A stretch of 64,000 nucleotides of DNA from the human T2T-CHM13v2.0 reference genome, Homo sapiens (GCF_009914755.1 NC_060946.1), one strand, 5' to 3'; positions 1 through 32,300 are shown, counted from the first letter of the stretch. Notes: a model not told the origin generated them from the sequence alone. A program made the numbers and translations.

Positions 1-5288
<5,288 letters not shown>

Positions 5289-6794
5289 GTGTGTTTGCGG
5301 GCAGCCGCCTGGGCTGTGGGAGCAGCCCAGGCAGAGCTCTCATGCCTTTCTACCACCCCACCCCTGCCTGACCACCCCCGCCGCACCCACAGCCCCAAAC
5401 CCCAGAAAATGCGTCCTTTCCTGGGCTGGGTTGAGACACCCGTCCCATGAAACACCGGGCCCATGCAGCGTCCAGGCCTGACACTGCTGTGGCTGCTCAC
5501 CTCCTCTGCGCCTCCGCGCCACTGTCGCCTGCCAGCCCGTGCTTCTGCAGCCTCCCAGCTGCCACCATGGAATGCCTGGTGGCGGAACGCAGACCCCAGG
5601 CCCAGCGCTTAACAGGGATGCTGAGCGATCCAGGTAGTAGGGAAGGAGGGCAGAGATGGAGAGAGGAACGTGAGACCTAGAAGGGTGGAAGGATGGGTGG
5701 AGGGATGTTATCAGGGAGGGAGGGAGGGAGGGAGGCGGGGGGAATGGAGGGAAAGACAGAGTGACACAGGGACTGGGGGCAGGAGGGAGGGAGTCGGGGA
5801 CACAGGGAGGTAGGCAGAGAGGAAAAGCAGTCTTCGGCCTCCGGGAGGAACTGGACCCCCGCCCTCCGGGAAAATTGTAGGCGTCCGGCGCCTGGTGAGG
5901 GCTCAGCCCACAGCCGCCACGTGGGCCGGCGGGGCACTCATTCACCCCGATTCCATGGCGCAGGGAATGGGCGGTTTCCTCAGAGACAAAGACCAGGACT
6001 CGGGTTGCCGTCAGGTTTTCACCCACATGGTTCACAGACCGCACGTCCCCAGGCTGAGTCCCGCAATGCAGCACAAGGCCGACAGCCCCGACCACGGAGG
6101 AGCCTCACTCGTGACGACGGAGGCGTGATTTTGGTTTCCCCGTGGCTCTGCCCTCTGCAATGTGGCCTGTTGCTCAAGTCTCTCTGGCCCCAGAAAGGCT
6201 GGCCATGCTGACTGTTTTCTACCGGAGCTCTGCGGGCACCCGGAAACATGCAGGGAAGGGTGGAAGACTGGCATGGTGCCTTCGCTCTCCTTGCCAGTTT
6301 CCAAACCAGCCACACTGCAGACACCCCATGTTGCCACACACAGGAATCTATCGTCAGGCCATCAGGCCGGGGAGGCATCTTCTCTCTGGGGTCTCGCACT
6401 GGTCTACCATGTGGAAATGAACGAGAGCCACACGCCTGTGTGTGTGAGACTGTCCCTGCAACGGCGACACGCACAGGCACTGCCTCCTTCACGGAGAGAG
6501 GGCCAGGAACACTCAAGACTCCCATGGAGGTTCAGTTCCACACTCCCCTCCACCCTCCCAGGCGGGTTTCTCCCTGCTGAAGACGCTTGGGAGCCCATAG
6601 AGCAGCTTCCAGTTCCCACGGGATTCCTGGAGAGGTCTGGAAAACCAGCCCACGAAACGCGCCCCACTCACCCCTTCCCCCTCGCCCCCTTCCTCTTCAT
6701 CTCTCCAGCCTGACCAGCAAAATCACCACGCCTTCCCCCCCCACACCACCACCCCCCGGCCGAAGGCCTCGACGTCCTGGGACCCTTCCGGGGT

Positions 6795-8281
<1,487 letters not shown>

Positions 8282-8408
8282 GACGGGGTCAGGTCGGGTC
8301 AGGGTGGTGACCTCTCTTTCGCAGGGAACACTTGGCTGGCTATGGAGGGTCGTGTATTCCCCTCGCCCCCTCCACCAGGCTGACCGGCCTGGGATTCCTG
8401 CCTTCTAG

Positions 8409-8500
8409 GTCTTGGTCCGGTGAGAGACTCCACACAGCGGAGAACTGCCATTCTTTCCTGGGCCTCCCGGGGATCCCAGAGCCGGCCCAGGTAACAGCAG
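8409..8500 (+). other. DUX4 exon 2-like non-coding exon
   Basis: CCTTCTAG|GTCTTGGTCCGGTGAGAGACTCCAC...GTAACAGCAG|GTGG; the upstream donor GGACGCGGG|GT at 8277 is also present. Confidence 0.75.
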
Positions 8501-8810
8501 GTGGCTGCCTACTACGCATGCGCATGTTTTCGGACAGCCACTTGGGCTGTGGGAGCAGCCCAGGCAGATCTCTCATGTCTTTCCACCACCCCATCCCTGC
8601 GTGACCACCCCCTCCCCACAAACTCACCCCCCCCCGGAAAATGGGTCCTCCCCAGGGCTGGGTGGAGACCCCTGTCCAGCGAAACACCAGGCCACACAGC
8701 ATCCAGGCCTGACACCCCTCTGGCGGCGCCCCTCCTCTCCGGCTCCACGCCACTGTCGCTGGCCCGCCCGTGCCTCTGCCGCCTCCCAGCTGCCACCATG
8801 GAGATCTTCG

Positions 8811-9050
8811 CGGCAGAACGCACACCTCTAACTCTCTTTGCCGGTCTCCTGGCTAGACCTGCACTCATGGCGCACCCCGGCTGATGTGCAAGGGAGCCCG
8901 CTGGCCTCTCTGTGTCCTTTTCCATCCGTGAAATTCTGGCTGAGGTTCTCCCAACACCTTCTGACACTCTTTCTTCAAAGCCTGGAGAATGGTTACATCT
9001 CCTGGATGATCAGTTCAGAAACATGTCACAATGCCCCTCCCTGCGGAGCC
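8811..9050 (+). other. pLAM-like segment (DUX4 exon 3 homolog) lacking the polyadenylation signal
   Basis: CCTGGCTAG|ACCTGC acceptor at 8855-8856; GCACCCCGGCTGATGTGCAAGGGAGC...GTTACATCTCCTGGATGATCAGTTCAGAAACAT-GTCACA-ATGCCCCTCCC, collinear with recalled 4qA pLAM. Confidence 0.85.
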
Positions 9051-11817
9051 TAGAGAAGATTTGCATCATTTGGGTGATCAGTGCAGAGATACTTCACAAT
9101 CTCTCCTGTACAAAAAGCCTGGAAATGATTTACATCACCTCGGTGATCAGTGCATAGGTATGTCAGAAATCCCCAGTAAGCTGAACCTAGACAAGGGTTA
9201 CATCATTCAGGTGATCAGTGTAGAGATATGTGAAAATTCCCGTGTAGACAGAGCCTACACAAGTGTTACATCACCTATTGATCAGTGCAGTGTTAAGTCG
9301 TAAAGCCTCCTGTAGGCAGAGTGTAGACAAGTGTTTCCTCCCTGGGGTGATCAGTGCAGAGATATGTCACAAAGCCGCTGTAAGCAGAACCTTGACAAAG
9401 GTTACATCACCTGTTGGATCAGTGGAAATCTATATCACAAAGCCCCCTGTAGGCAAAGCACAGACAATTGTTACATAACCTGGGTGAGCAGTGTAGAGAT
9501 CTGTCACAATGCCTCTGTAGGCAGAGCTTAGACAAGGGTTACATCACCTGGGAGATCAGTGCAGAGATATGTCAAAACGCTCCTGTAAGCTGAACCTAGA
9601 CAGGAGTTACATCACCTGGGTGATCAGTGCAGATATACGTGAGAATTTCCGTGTAGGCAGAGCCTGGACAAGTGTTACATCACCTAGGTTATCAGTGGAG
9701 GTATAAGTCATAAAGTCTCCTGTAGGCTGAGCATAGACAAGAGTTCTCTCCCCAGGTTGAACAGTGCAGAGATGTGTCACAAAGCCCCTGTAGGCAGAGC
9801 CTAGACAAGAGTTTCATCACTTGGTTGATCAGTTCAGAGATGTGTCACAATGTCCATGTAGGCAGATTTGAGACAAGAACCCATCATCTCGGTGATCAGT
9901 GCAGAGAGATGTACCAATGTCCCCTGTAGGCAGTGTCTAGATAAGATTTGCATGACCTCAGAGATCAGTGCATAGATATGTCACAAAGACTTCTGTAGGC
10001 AAAGCCCGTACAAGGCTTATGTCACCTAGGTGAACAGCGCAGTGATATGTCACAAAAATCCCTGTAGACAGATCCTAGACAAGAGTTACATCACTTGGGT
10101 GATCAGTGCAGATATTTGACACAACGCCCCCATAGACAGAGCCTAGACAACACTTCCATCACCTGGGTGATAAGTGCAGAGATATGTCACAAATCCCACT
10201 CTAGGCAGAGTATAGAGAAGAGTCCCATCACCTGGGTGATCAGTGCAGAGACATGTCACAATGCCCCCATAGGGAGATCCAAGACAAGAGTCCGTCACCT
10301 GGGTGATCTGTGCAGAAATATGTCACAATGCCCCCTCATGCAGAGACTAAACAAAAGCCCCATCACCTGGATGATCAGTGCAGAGTTATGTCACAAAGTC
10401 CCTTTAGGCAGATCCTAGACAAGTGTTGCATCACTTGGATGATCAGTGCAGAGTTATGTCACAATGCAAATGCAGGCAGAGCCTAGACAAGTATTAAATG
10501 ACCTAGGTTATCAGTGCAGAGATACAGTGCAATGTCCCTGTAAGCAGATCCTTGACAAGTGGTACATCACCTGGGTGATCATTGCTTGGATATGTCACAA
10601 AGCACCCTGTAGGCAGATTCTAGAGAAGAGTTATATCACCTGGGTGATCAGTGCAGAGATATGTCACAAGCCCTGTAAGCAGAGCCTAGAGAAGAGTTAT
10701 ATCTCCTGGGTGATCAATGCAGTGACATGTCACAATGCCATGTAGCCAGAGCCTAGACTAATGTTACAGCACCTGGAAGATAAGTGCATAGATATCTCAC
10801 AATGTCCCTAGTAGGCAGAGACCAGACAAGAGTTGGATCCCCTCGGGATCAGTGCAGAGACATGTCTCAATCTCCCTGTGGGCACAGCCCAGACAAGAGT
10901 TATATCACCTTGGTTAACAGTGTAGAGATATTATTATAATGCCCTTGTAGGCAGAGCCTACACAAGTGTTACATCACTTAGGTGATCAGTGCAAAGATAT
11001 GTCACAATACCCCCTGTAAGCAGAGCCTAGACAAGATTTACATCACCTGGGTGATCAGTGCAGAGATATTTGACAAGGACCCTTTAAGCAGAGCCTAGAC
11101 AATAGTTACATCACCTGCGTGATCAGTGCAGAGATCTGTCACAATGCCCCTTTAGGCAGAGCTTAGAGCAGAGTTACATCACCTGGGTGAACAGTGTAGA
11201 GATATGTCACAATGCCCCCATAGGCAAATCCAAGGCAAGATTCCGTCACCTGGGCGATCAGCGCAGACATATGTGACAATGACCCCGGAGGCAGAGCCTA
11301 GAGAAGAGTCTCAACACCTGGGTGATCAGTGCAGAGATATTTCACAATGACCCTGCAGGCAGTGCATAAGGAAGAGTTACATCACCTAGATGATCAGTGC
11401 AGGGATATTTCACAAGGCCCCCTATAGGCAGAGGCTGGACAAGAGTTACATCACCTCGGTGATCAATGCAGTGATATGTCACAATGCCCCTTAGGTAGAG
11501 CCTAGTCAAGCGTTACGTCACGTCAGTGATCAGTGCAGAAATATGTCACAAGCCCTCATACACAGAGCCTAGATTAAAGACCCATCACCTGGGTGATCAG
11601 TGCAGAAATATGTCAAAATGCCCCCATAGGCAGATCCAACACAAGAGTTACATCACCGAGGTGATCAGTGTAGAGATATATCACAATGCCCCCATAGGCA
11701 GAGCCTAGACAAAAGTCCCATCACCTGGGTGATCAGTGCAGAGATATGTCACAAAGCCCCTCAAGGCAGAGACTAGACAAGTGTTACATCACTTTGTTTA
11801 TCAGTTCAGAGACGTGT
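8975..11817. repeat. Beta satellite array, block 2
   Basis: Same 68-bp monomers and orientation as block 1; ends at ...CAGTTCAGAGACGTGT|CATGTTGACTC. Confidence 0.97.
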
Positions 11818-12434
11818 CATGTTGACTCTTTGCTCCCGGAGCTCTGCGGGCACCCAGAAACATGCAGGGAAGGGTGGAAGACCCACATGGTGCCTTTGCT
11901 CTCCTTGCCAGTTTCCAAACCGGCCACACTGCAGACTCCCCATGTTGCCGCACACAAGAATCCCTCGTCAGGCCATCACGCGGGTGAGGCATCTTCTCTC
12001 TGGGGTCTCGCTCTGGTCTCCTATGTGGAAATGAACGAGAGCCACACGCCTGCGTGTGTGAGACTTTCCCGGCAATGGCGACAGCCACAGGCACTGCCTC
12101 CTTCACGCAGAGAGTGCCTGGAACACTCAAGACTGCCACGGAGGTTAAGTTCCTCACTCCGTTCCACACTCCCAGGCCGGTTTCTCCCTGCTGAAGATGC
12201 GTGGGAGTCCACAGAGTGGCTTCCAGTTCCCGTGGGATTCCTGGAGAGGTCCGGAGACCCAGCCCCCGAAACGCGCCCCTCTCTCCCCTTCCCCCTCGCC
12301 CCCTTCCTCTTCGTGTCCCTGGCCCCATCAGCGACATCACCACGCCCTCTCCCCCCACACCACCACCCCCTGGCTGCAGGTCTTGACGCGCTGGGATCCT
12401 TGCAGTGTGGGGTGAGCTGTCCCAGGGCTCACCG

Positions 12435-12479
12435 CCATTCATGAAGCAGTGGAGTGTGCCTGCCTGTGGGCCTTTATAA
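12435..12479 (+). promoter_or_regulatory. Degenerate DBE plus TATAA box of copy 3
   Basis: CCATTCATGAAGCAGTGGAGTGTGCCT (4 mismatches to copy 2) and TATAA 12475-12479; GC box decayed to GGGGTGAG. Confidence 0.65.
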
Positions 12480-12614
12480 GAGCCACTGGCTGGCTGTCCG
12501 GGCAGGCTTCCTGGCTGCAACTGCCACAGTGCGCATGCTGGCTGAGGTGCACGGGAGCCCGCTGGCTTCTCTCTGCCGTGTCCGTCCATGAAATTCTGGT
12601 TGGGGATCCCCGCG

Positions 12615-23350
<10,736 letters not shown>

Positions 23351-26300
23351 TGAATGAAATTTAATGGAGTGGATTTGGAACTGAAATAGTGGAGTGGAAT
23401 GCAATAGAATGGAATGGAAAGGAATGGAATGGAATGGAATGGAGTGGAGTGAAGTGGAGTGGAGAGCAGTGGAAAGGGTTGGATGATAATGGAATGAATT
23501 GGAGTGGCATGAAAATGAATGGAATGGCATGTAGTCGAATGGAGTGCACTGGAGAGGAATGGATTGGAGTGAATTGGAATGAATTGAAGTGGAATAGAAT
23601 GGAGTGGAGTAGAGTAGAATGGAGTGGAGTGGAGTGGAGTCGAGTGCAGTGTTGGGGAATGAAATGAAGTGGGGTGGAGTGGAATGAAGTTGAATGGAAT
23701 GGAGTGGCATGGATTGTCGTGGAATGGAATGGAAAGGAGTGGAATGGAGTGGACGGGATTGGAGTGTAGTGGAATGTAATGGAGTGGAGTGAAATTGAAT
23801 GGAGTGGAATGGAATGTAATGGAAAGGAGTGCAATGGAAACGATGGGATTGGAATGCAATGGAATGGAATGGAATATAGTGGAAGGGAGTGGAATGGAAT
23901 GGAGAGCAATGGAGTGGAATGGAATGGCATGGAATGCAATGCAATGGAATGAATTGGAGTGGAGTGCATTGGAATGGACAGGAGTTGAACGAAATGGATT
24001 GGAATGGAATGGAATGGAATGCAATGGAGAGAAATATAATGGAACGGAATGGAATGGAAAGGGACGGAATGGAATGGAATGGAATGAATGGGAATGTAAT
24101 GGAATGGAATGAAATGGAATGGAGGGGAGTGTAGTGGAGTGGATAGGAATGGAATGGAGTGGAATGGAGAGGAGTGGAATAGAATGGATTGGAGTTGATC
24201 ACAGTGAATTGCAGAGGGATGGAGTGGAGTTTAATTGAATGGAGTGTAATGGATTTGAGTGGAGTAAAATGGAATGGAATTATTGGAGTAGCATGGAATG
24301 GAGTGGAGTTGAGTGGAATGGCATGGACTGTATTGAAATGGAGAGAATTGAAATGGAGAGGGGGTAATGCAATGGGGTGGAGGGGAGTGGAATGCAGTGG
24401 AATGGAATGGAGTGGAGTGGAATGGAATGGAATGGTATGGAGTGGAGGGGAATGGAATGGAATAGAATGGAATGGAAGGGAATGGAAAGGAAAGGAATGG
24501 AATGGAATGGAATAGAATCGATTGAAGTGGAGTAGAATAGAATGGAGAGGAGTGGAATGGAATGGAATGGAGTGGAACGGAATGGAATGGAATGGAATGG
24601 AATGGAATGGAATGGAATGGAATGGAATGGGACAGAATGGAATGGATTAGAGTGGAATAGCATTGAGTGGAATGGAATGCAATGGAATGGAATGGAGTGG
24701 AGTGGAATGGAAGGGAATGCAATGGAATGGAATGGAGTGGAGTGGAGTGGAGTTAGAGTGGAATGGAATGGAGAGGAATGGAATGGAATGGAGTGGAATG
24801 AAACGGAGTGGACTGGAATAGAGTGGAGTTGAGTGGACTGGAATAGGGTGGAATGTAATGGAATGCAATGGACTGGAGTGAAGTTGAGTGAAGTGGAGAG
24901 CAGTGGAATGGAATGGAGTGGGTGGAGTGTAGTGGAATGGAATTGAGTGGATTGGAGTGGAATGGAGTCGCGTGGAATGGAATGAAGTAGAGTGCAATGG
25001 AAAGGAGTGGAATGCAATGGAATGGAATGGAGTGGAGTGGAGTGGAGCGGATTGGTGTGGAATAGATTGGTTTGGAGTCCAGTGGAATGGAGGGGAATGG
25101 ATTGGAGGGGAATGGATTGAAATAGAATGGAGTGGAATGGAATGGAGTGGAGAGGACCAGAGTGGAGTGGAATGGAGTGGAATGGAATGGAGTGGAGTGG
25201 AATGGTATTTAATGGAATGGAGTGGAATGGAAGGGAATAGAGTAGAGTGGAGTGGAGAGGAATGTAGTGGAGTGGAATGGAATGGAATTATGTGCAGTGG
25301 AATGGAAACAAATGGAATGGAGTGGAATCGAATGCAATGGAATAGAATGAAGTAGAGTGGAGTGGAGTGTTATGGAATGGAGTAGGGTGGAATGGAAGGG
25401 TGTAGAATTGAATGCAGCGGAATGGAATGGAATGGAGTGGTTTTTGATGGAATGGAATGGAATGGAGTGAAGTGGAGTGGAGTGAACTGGAGTGGAGTGG
25501 AGTGCAGTGGAATGGGATGGTATGGAATGGAATGGAGTGGATTGGAATGGAATGGAATGGAGTGGAGTGGAATGGAGTGGAGTAGAGTGAAATGGAGTGG
25601 AGTGAAATGGAGTGGAGTGGAATGGAATGCAGTGGAGGGGAGTTGGAGTGGCGTGATGTGGAGAGGATTATACTGTATGGGACTTGAGTGAAGTGGAACG
25701 GAGTGGGTGGAGTGGAGTAGAATGGAGTTGAGTGGAAAGGAATGGAGTGGAATGGAATTGAGTGAAGAGGAATGGAATGGATTGGAGTGGAATGGAGTGG
25801 AGTCGAATGGAATGGAATGGAATGAAGTGGAGTTGAATGGAGTGGAGTGCAATGGAGTGGAGTGGAGTGGAATAGAATGGAATGGAATGGCATGGAATGG
25901 AATGGAAGGAAGTGAAGTGGAGTTGAGTGGAGTGGAGCGGAGTGGAGTGGAATGGAATGGAATGCAATGGAATGGAGTGGAGTGGAGTGCAGTGGAATGG
26001 AGTGGAATGCAATGGAATGGAGTGGAGTGCACTGGAATGGAGTGGAGTAGAATGCAGTGGACTAAAATGGAGTGGAGGAGAGTGGAATGGAGTGTAATGG
26101 AATGCACTGGAGTGGAGTGGAGTGAAGTGGAATGCAATGGAATGGGGTGGAGTGGAGTGAAGTGGAGAGGAGTGGAATGGAATGGAGTGGATGGAGTGGA
26201 GTGGAATGGAATGGAGTGGAATGGAGTGCGATGGAGTGGAGAGCATTAGAATGAAGTAGAGTGCAATTGAAAGGAATGGAATGGAATGGAGTGGAGTGGA

Positions 26301-29300
26301 GTGGAAAGGAATTTAGTGGAGTGGAGTGGAGTGGAAAGGAATTTAGTGGTGTGGAGTTTAGTGGAGGGGAATGGAGTTTAGGGGAATGGAATGGAATGGA
26401 GTGGAGTGGAATGGAGTGGATTTGACGGGAGGGTAGTGGAATGGAGTGGAGTGGAATGGAGTGGAGCTGAACGGAATGGAGTGGAATGGTGTGGTATGGA
26501 ACAGAGTGGAATGGAAGGGAATGGAGTGGGGTGGACTGTAGTGGAAAGGAGTGGAGTGGATTGGAAAGGAATGCAGTGCAGTGGGATGGAATGGAATGAA
26601 GTGTAATGGAATGTAATGGAATAGAATGAAGTAGAGTGGAGTGGAGCGTAATGGAATGTAATAGAGTGGAATGGATTGGAGTAGAATTGAATGCAGTGGA
26701 GTGGAAAGGAATGGAACGGAATGGAATGGAGCGGAATGGCATGGAGTGGAGTGGAGTGCATTGGACTGGAGTGGAGTGGAACAGAGTGGGTTGGAGTGGA
26801 TTGGATTTGAGTGGAGTGCACTGGGTTGGAGTTGAGAGGAATGGATTCTAGTGGAATGTAATGGAGTCGAATTCAGTGTAGTGGAATGAAATGGAATGGA
26901 ATGGAGAAGAGTGGAATGCAGTGGAGTGGAATGGACAGTAGTGGAGAGGAAAGGAGTGGAGAGGATTGAAAAGGAATGGAATGGAGTGGAGTGGGAAGTA
27001 GTGAAGTGGAGGGGAGTGGAGTGAACTCGAAAGGAGTGGAGTGGAGTGCAGTTGTGGGTAGAGGAACGGAATAGAGTATAGTGAAGTGGAGTGAAGAGGG
27101 GTGGAAAGGAATGGAGCGGAATGGAATGGAATGGATTGGAGAGGAGTGGAATGGAATGGAATGGAATGGAATGCAGTGAAGTGGAATGGAGTTCAGTGGA
27201 GTGTAATGGAATGGAATGGAATGGAATGGAATGGGGTTGGATGGAATGGAATGAGAAGAAACATAATGGAATGGAATGGAATGGAATGCAGTGGACTGGA
27301 ATGGAATGGAATGGAATGGAGTGAAGTGGAATGGAGTGGAGAGATATGGAGTGGAATTGAATGGAAAGGAGTGGAATGGAATCGAATGGAATGAAGCGGA
27401 CTTCAGTGGAGTTGTGTGGAGTGGAGTGGAATGGAATGGAGAGGAATGGAGTGGAATTGAGTGGAGTGGAATGGAACGGGTTAGAGTGGAATGGAATGGA
27501 CAGGAATGGAAAGGAATGTTGTAGAGGTTAATGGAGTGGAGTGGAATGGAGTGGAGTGGAATGGAACGGAATGGAATGGAATGGAATGGAATGGTTTGGA
27601 GTGGAGTGCAAAGGAATGGAATGGAATGGAACAGAATGGAATGGAGTGGAGTGGATTGGGGTGGAGTGGACTGGAACGGAGTGCAATGGAGTGGAGTGGA
27701 GTGGAGTGGCGTGGAGTGGAACGTATTGGAGCCAAGTGGAATGGTGTGGAATGGAATAGAGTGGAATGGAATGGAATGGACGGCGATGGAATGGAATGGA
27801 GTGGAGTGAAGTGGAGTGGAAAGGAGTGGAATAGAGTGGAGGGGAATGGAATGGAGTGGAGTGGAGTGGAAAGGAGTGGAGTGGAGTGCGGTGCTGTGGA
27901 ATGGAGTGGAGTGGAGTGAAATGGAATAGAATGGAGTGGAATGGAATGGAAAGGATTGGATTGGAATGGAGTGGAATGGAATGGATTGGAATGGAATGAA
28001 ATGGAGTGGTGTGTAGCGGAGTGGAGAGTAGTGGAATGGAGTGGAGAAGAGTGGACTGCAGTGGAATGGAATGGAGTGGAATGAATTGGAATGGAGTAGA
28101 ATGGAATGGATTGGAATGGAATGGAATGGAGTGGAGTGCAGTGGAGTGGAGTGGATTGGAGTGGGGTGGAGTGGAAAGGAGTGGAGTGGAGTGGAATGGA
28201 TTGGAATGGAATGGAGTGGAATGGAGTGGAATGGAATGCAGTGGAATGGAATGCAGTGGAATGGAATGGAATAGAGTGGAAAGGAGTGGAGTGGAATGGA
28301 ATGCAGTGGAATGGAATTGAATGGAGTGGAATGGAGTGTAGTGGTGTAGAATGTAATGGAGTGGATTGGAATGCAATGGAATAGAGTGGAGTGGAATGGA
28401 GTGGAGTGGAGTGGAGTTGAGGGGATTGGAATGGAATGGAATGCAGTGGGATGGAATGGAATGGATTGGAATGGAATGGAGTGAAGGGGCATGGAGTAGA
28501 ATGGTGTGTAGTGGAATGGAGTGGTGTGAAGTGGGATGGAAAGGAATGTAGTGGATTGGAATTGACTACAGTGGAGTGGAGCAGAGTGGAATGGAGTGTA
28601 GTGGAATAGAGTGGAGTGCAGTGGAATGGAGTGGAGTGGAGTGGAATGGAATTTAGTGGAGTGGAGTTGAAAGGAGTGGAGTGGAGTTGAATGTAATGGA
28701 GTGGAGTGCAATGGAGTGGATTGGAGTGGAAGGGATTTTATTGGAGTGGAATGGAATGGAGAGGAGTGGAATGGATTGGATTAGAGAGGAATGCAGTAGA
28801 AGGAAGTGGAGTGGAATGGAATGGAGTGGAGTGGAATGGAAAGTAATAGAGTGGAGTTGAATGGAGTGGAGTGGAGTGAAATGGAATGGAGTGGAGTGGA
28901 ATGGAGTAGATTGGAGTGGAACGGAGTGGAGTGGGAAGAATGGAGTGGAGAGGAGTGAAATAGAGTGGAGTCGAGTGGAGTGGGGCAGAATGGAGTGGAG
29001 TCGCTGGAGTGGAATGGAGTGCAGTGGAGTGGAATGGAATGGAGTGGAGTGGAATGGAATGGAATGGAATGGAAGGCAATAGAAGGGAATGGAATGGAGT
29101 GAACTGCATTAGAAAGGAGTTGAGTGAAGTGGAATGGAGTGTAGAGAAGTGGAATGGAATGGAAAGGAATGCACTGCAATGGAACGGAAAGGAATAGAAT
29201 GAAATGGAGTGGTGTGGAATGGAGTAGAATTGAATGGAGTGGAGTTGAATGCAATGCAGAGGAGTGCAGTGAACTGGAATGGAATGGAGTTTAATGGAGT

Positions 29301-32300
29301 GGAATCGAGTGGAGCAAAATGAAATGGAGTTGAGTGGAAAGTAATGGCCCACAGTGGAATGGAGTGGAGTTGAGTGGAGTGGAATGAAATGAAATGGAGT
29401 TGAATGGAATGGAATGGAATGGAATGGAGTGGAGTGGAGTGGAGACTAGTGGAGTGTTGTGGAGTGGGGTTAAATAGAATGGAGTGGAATGGAGTGGAAT
29501 GGAGTGGAGGGGAATGGAATGGAGTAGAGTGGGCTGGAATGGACTAGAAAGGAATGGAATGGAATGGAGTGGATTTGAATGGATTGGAATGGAATGGAAT
29601 GGAATGGATTGGAATCGAATGGAATGGAAAGGAGTAGAGTTGAATGGAGTGGAGTGTAATGGAATTGAGTGGAATGGAATGGAGTGGAGAGGAATGGAGT
29701 GGAGTGGACTGGAGTTGAATAGAGGAAAGTGGAGTGTAGTGGAATGGAATGGAGTGGAGTGGAATGGAGTGGATTAGAGTGGTTTGGAGTGGAGTGGAGT
29801 GGAATGGAGTGGAGATCAGTGTAATGGAGTGGAGTGGAGTTGAGTGTAGTGGAGTGAACTGCAGTGCCATGGAGTGGAGTGGATTGGAGTGGAGTGGAAT
29901 GTAGTGGAGAGGAGGGTAATGAAGTGGAGTGGAGTGGAATAGAGTGGAAAGGAATTGAGTGGAATGGAATGGAATGGAGTGGAATCAAATGGAATGGAAG
30001 GGAATAGATTTGAATGGAGTGGCGTGTAGTGGAATGGAATGCAATGGAATGCAGTGGTGTGTAACAGTGGAATTGAGTGGAAAGTAGTGGAATGGAATGC
30101 AGTGGAGTGGAGAGAAGTGGAGTGGAATATAATATAATTGAGTAGAAAGGAGTGGAATGGAGTGGAGTGGAATGGAATGGAGTGGAATGGAATGGAAAGG
30201 AGTGCAATGGAGTGGAATGGAGTGGAATGGAGTGGAGTGGAGTGGAATATAATATAATGTAGTGGAAAGGAGTGGAATGGAGTGGAGTGGAGTGGAATGG
30301 AATGGAGTGCAATGGAGTGGAATGGAGTGGAGTGAAGTGGAGTGGAATGGAATGGAAAGGAGTGGAATGGAATGGAATGGAATGGAGTGGACTTGAGTGG
30401 AGTGGTGTGGAGTGGAGTGGAATGGAATGGAGTGGATTGGAAAGGAATTGAGTGGAGTGGAATGGAATGGGGTAGAGTGGAATGGAATGGACAGGAATGG
30501 AATGGAATGTTGTGGAGTTCAACGGAGTGGAGTGGAATTGATTGGAGTGTAATGGTACGGAATGGAGTGGAATGGAATGGAGTGGAGTGGAATGGAATGG
30601 AATAGAATGGAGTGGAGTGGAGTGGATTGGAGTAGAGTGGAGTGGAGTGGAGTGGAACGGAATGCAATGGAGAGGCGTGGAGTGGATTGGAGTGGTGTCG
30701 AGAAGAATGTAATGGATTCGAGTGGAATGGGGTGGAATGGAATAGAGTGGAATGGAACGAAATGGCGTGGGATGGAATGGAATGGAGTGGAGTGAAGTGG
30801 AGTGGAATGGAGTGGAATAGAGTGGAGGGGAAAGGAATGGAGTGTAGTGGAGTGGAAAGGACTGGTGTGGAGTGGAGTGCTGTGGAATGGAGAGGAGTCG
30901 AGTGAAAAGGAATAGAATGGAGTGGAATGGAATGGAGTGGATTGGATTGGAATAGAGTGGAATGGAATGGATTGGAATGGAATGGAGTGGTGTGTAGTGG
31001 AGTGGATAGGAGAAGAATAGAGTGGAGTGGAGTGGAGTGGACTGCAGTGGAATAGAGTGGAGTGGAATAGAAAGGAAGGAAGTGGGATGGAATGGGTTGG
31101 AATGGAGTGGAATGGATTGGATTGGAATGGAATGGAATGGAGTAGAGTGAAGTGGAGTGGATTGGATTGGAATGGAGTGGAGTGGAGTGGAATGGATTAG
31201 AGTGGCGTGGAATGGACTGGAATGGAATGGAGTGGAAAGGAGTGGAATGGAGTGGATTGGAATGGAATGCTGTGGAATGGAATTGAATGGAGTGGCATGG
31301 AGTGGAATGGAGTGTAGAGGTGTGGAATGTAAGAGAGTAGATTGGAATGCAATGGAATTGATTGGAGTGGAATGGCATGGAGTGGAGTGGAGTTGAATAG
31401 ATTGGAATGGAATGGAATGCAGTGGGATGGAATGGAATGGATTGGAATGGAAGGGAGTGGAGTGGCATGGAGTAGAATGGTGTGTAGTTGAATGGAGTGG
31501 AGTGGAGTGGGACGGAAAGGATTGGAGTGGATTGGAATTGACTGGAGTGGAGTGGAGCAGAGTGGAATGGAGTGTAGTGAGAATAATGGAGTGGAGAGGA
31601 GTGGAATGGAGTGGAGTCGAGTGGAGAGGAGTGGAATGGAGTGGAGTGGAGTGAAATGGATTGGAGTGGAATGGAATGGAGAGGAGTGGAGTGCAATGGA
31701 ATGGAATGGAATGGAAAGGAATGGAAAGGAATGGAATAGAGGGGAATGGAATGGAGTGAACTGGATTGGAGTGGAGTTGTGTGAAGTGGAACTGAGTGGA
31801 GAGGAGTGGAATGGAGTGGAGTGGAATCAAGTAGAGTGGAGTGGAGTGGAATGGAGAGGAGAGGAATGGAATGTATTGGAATAGAAAGGAATGGAATAGA
31901 CTGGAGTGGAGTGGAAGGAATGGAATGGAGTGAAATGGAATGGAATGGAATGGAATGGAATGGAATGGAATGGAATGGAATGCCATGGAATGGAATGGAA
32001 TGGAGTTCAATGGACTGGAGTGGAATGGAATGGAAAGAAATGGCATGGAATGGAATGGAATGGAATGTAGGGCAGTGGAGTGGATTAGAATGAGAGGAAT
32101 GAAATGGAGTGGAAAGGAGTAGAAAGTAGAGGAGTGGAATAGAATGTAGTGGAGTGTAATAGAAAGCAGTGGGACGGAATGGAATGGAATGGAGTGGAGA
32201 GGAATGGAGGGCAGTGGAATGGAGTGGAGTGGAGTGTAATGGATTGGAGTGGAATGGATTGGAATGGAATAGAGTAGAATGAAATTGAGTGGAGAGGAAT

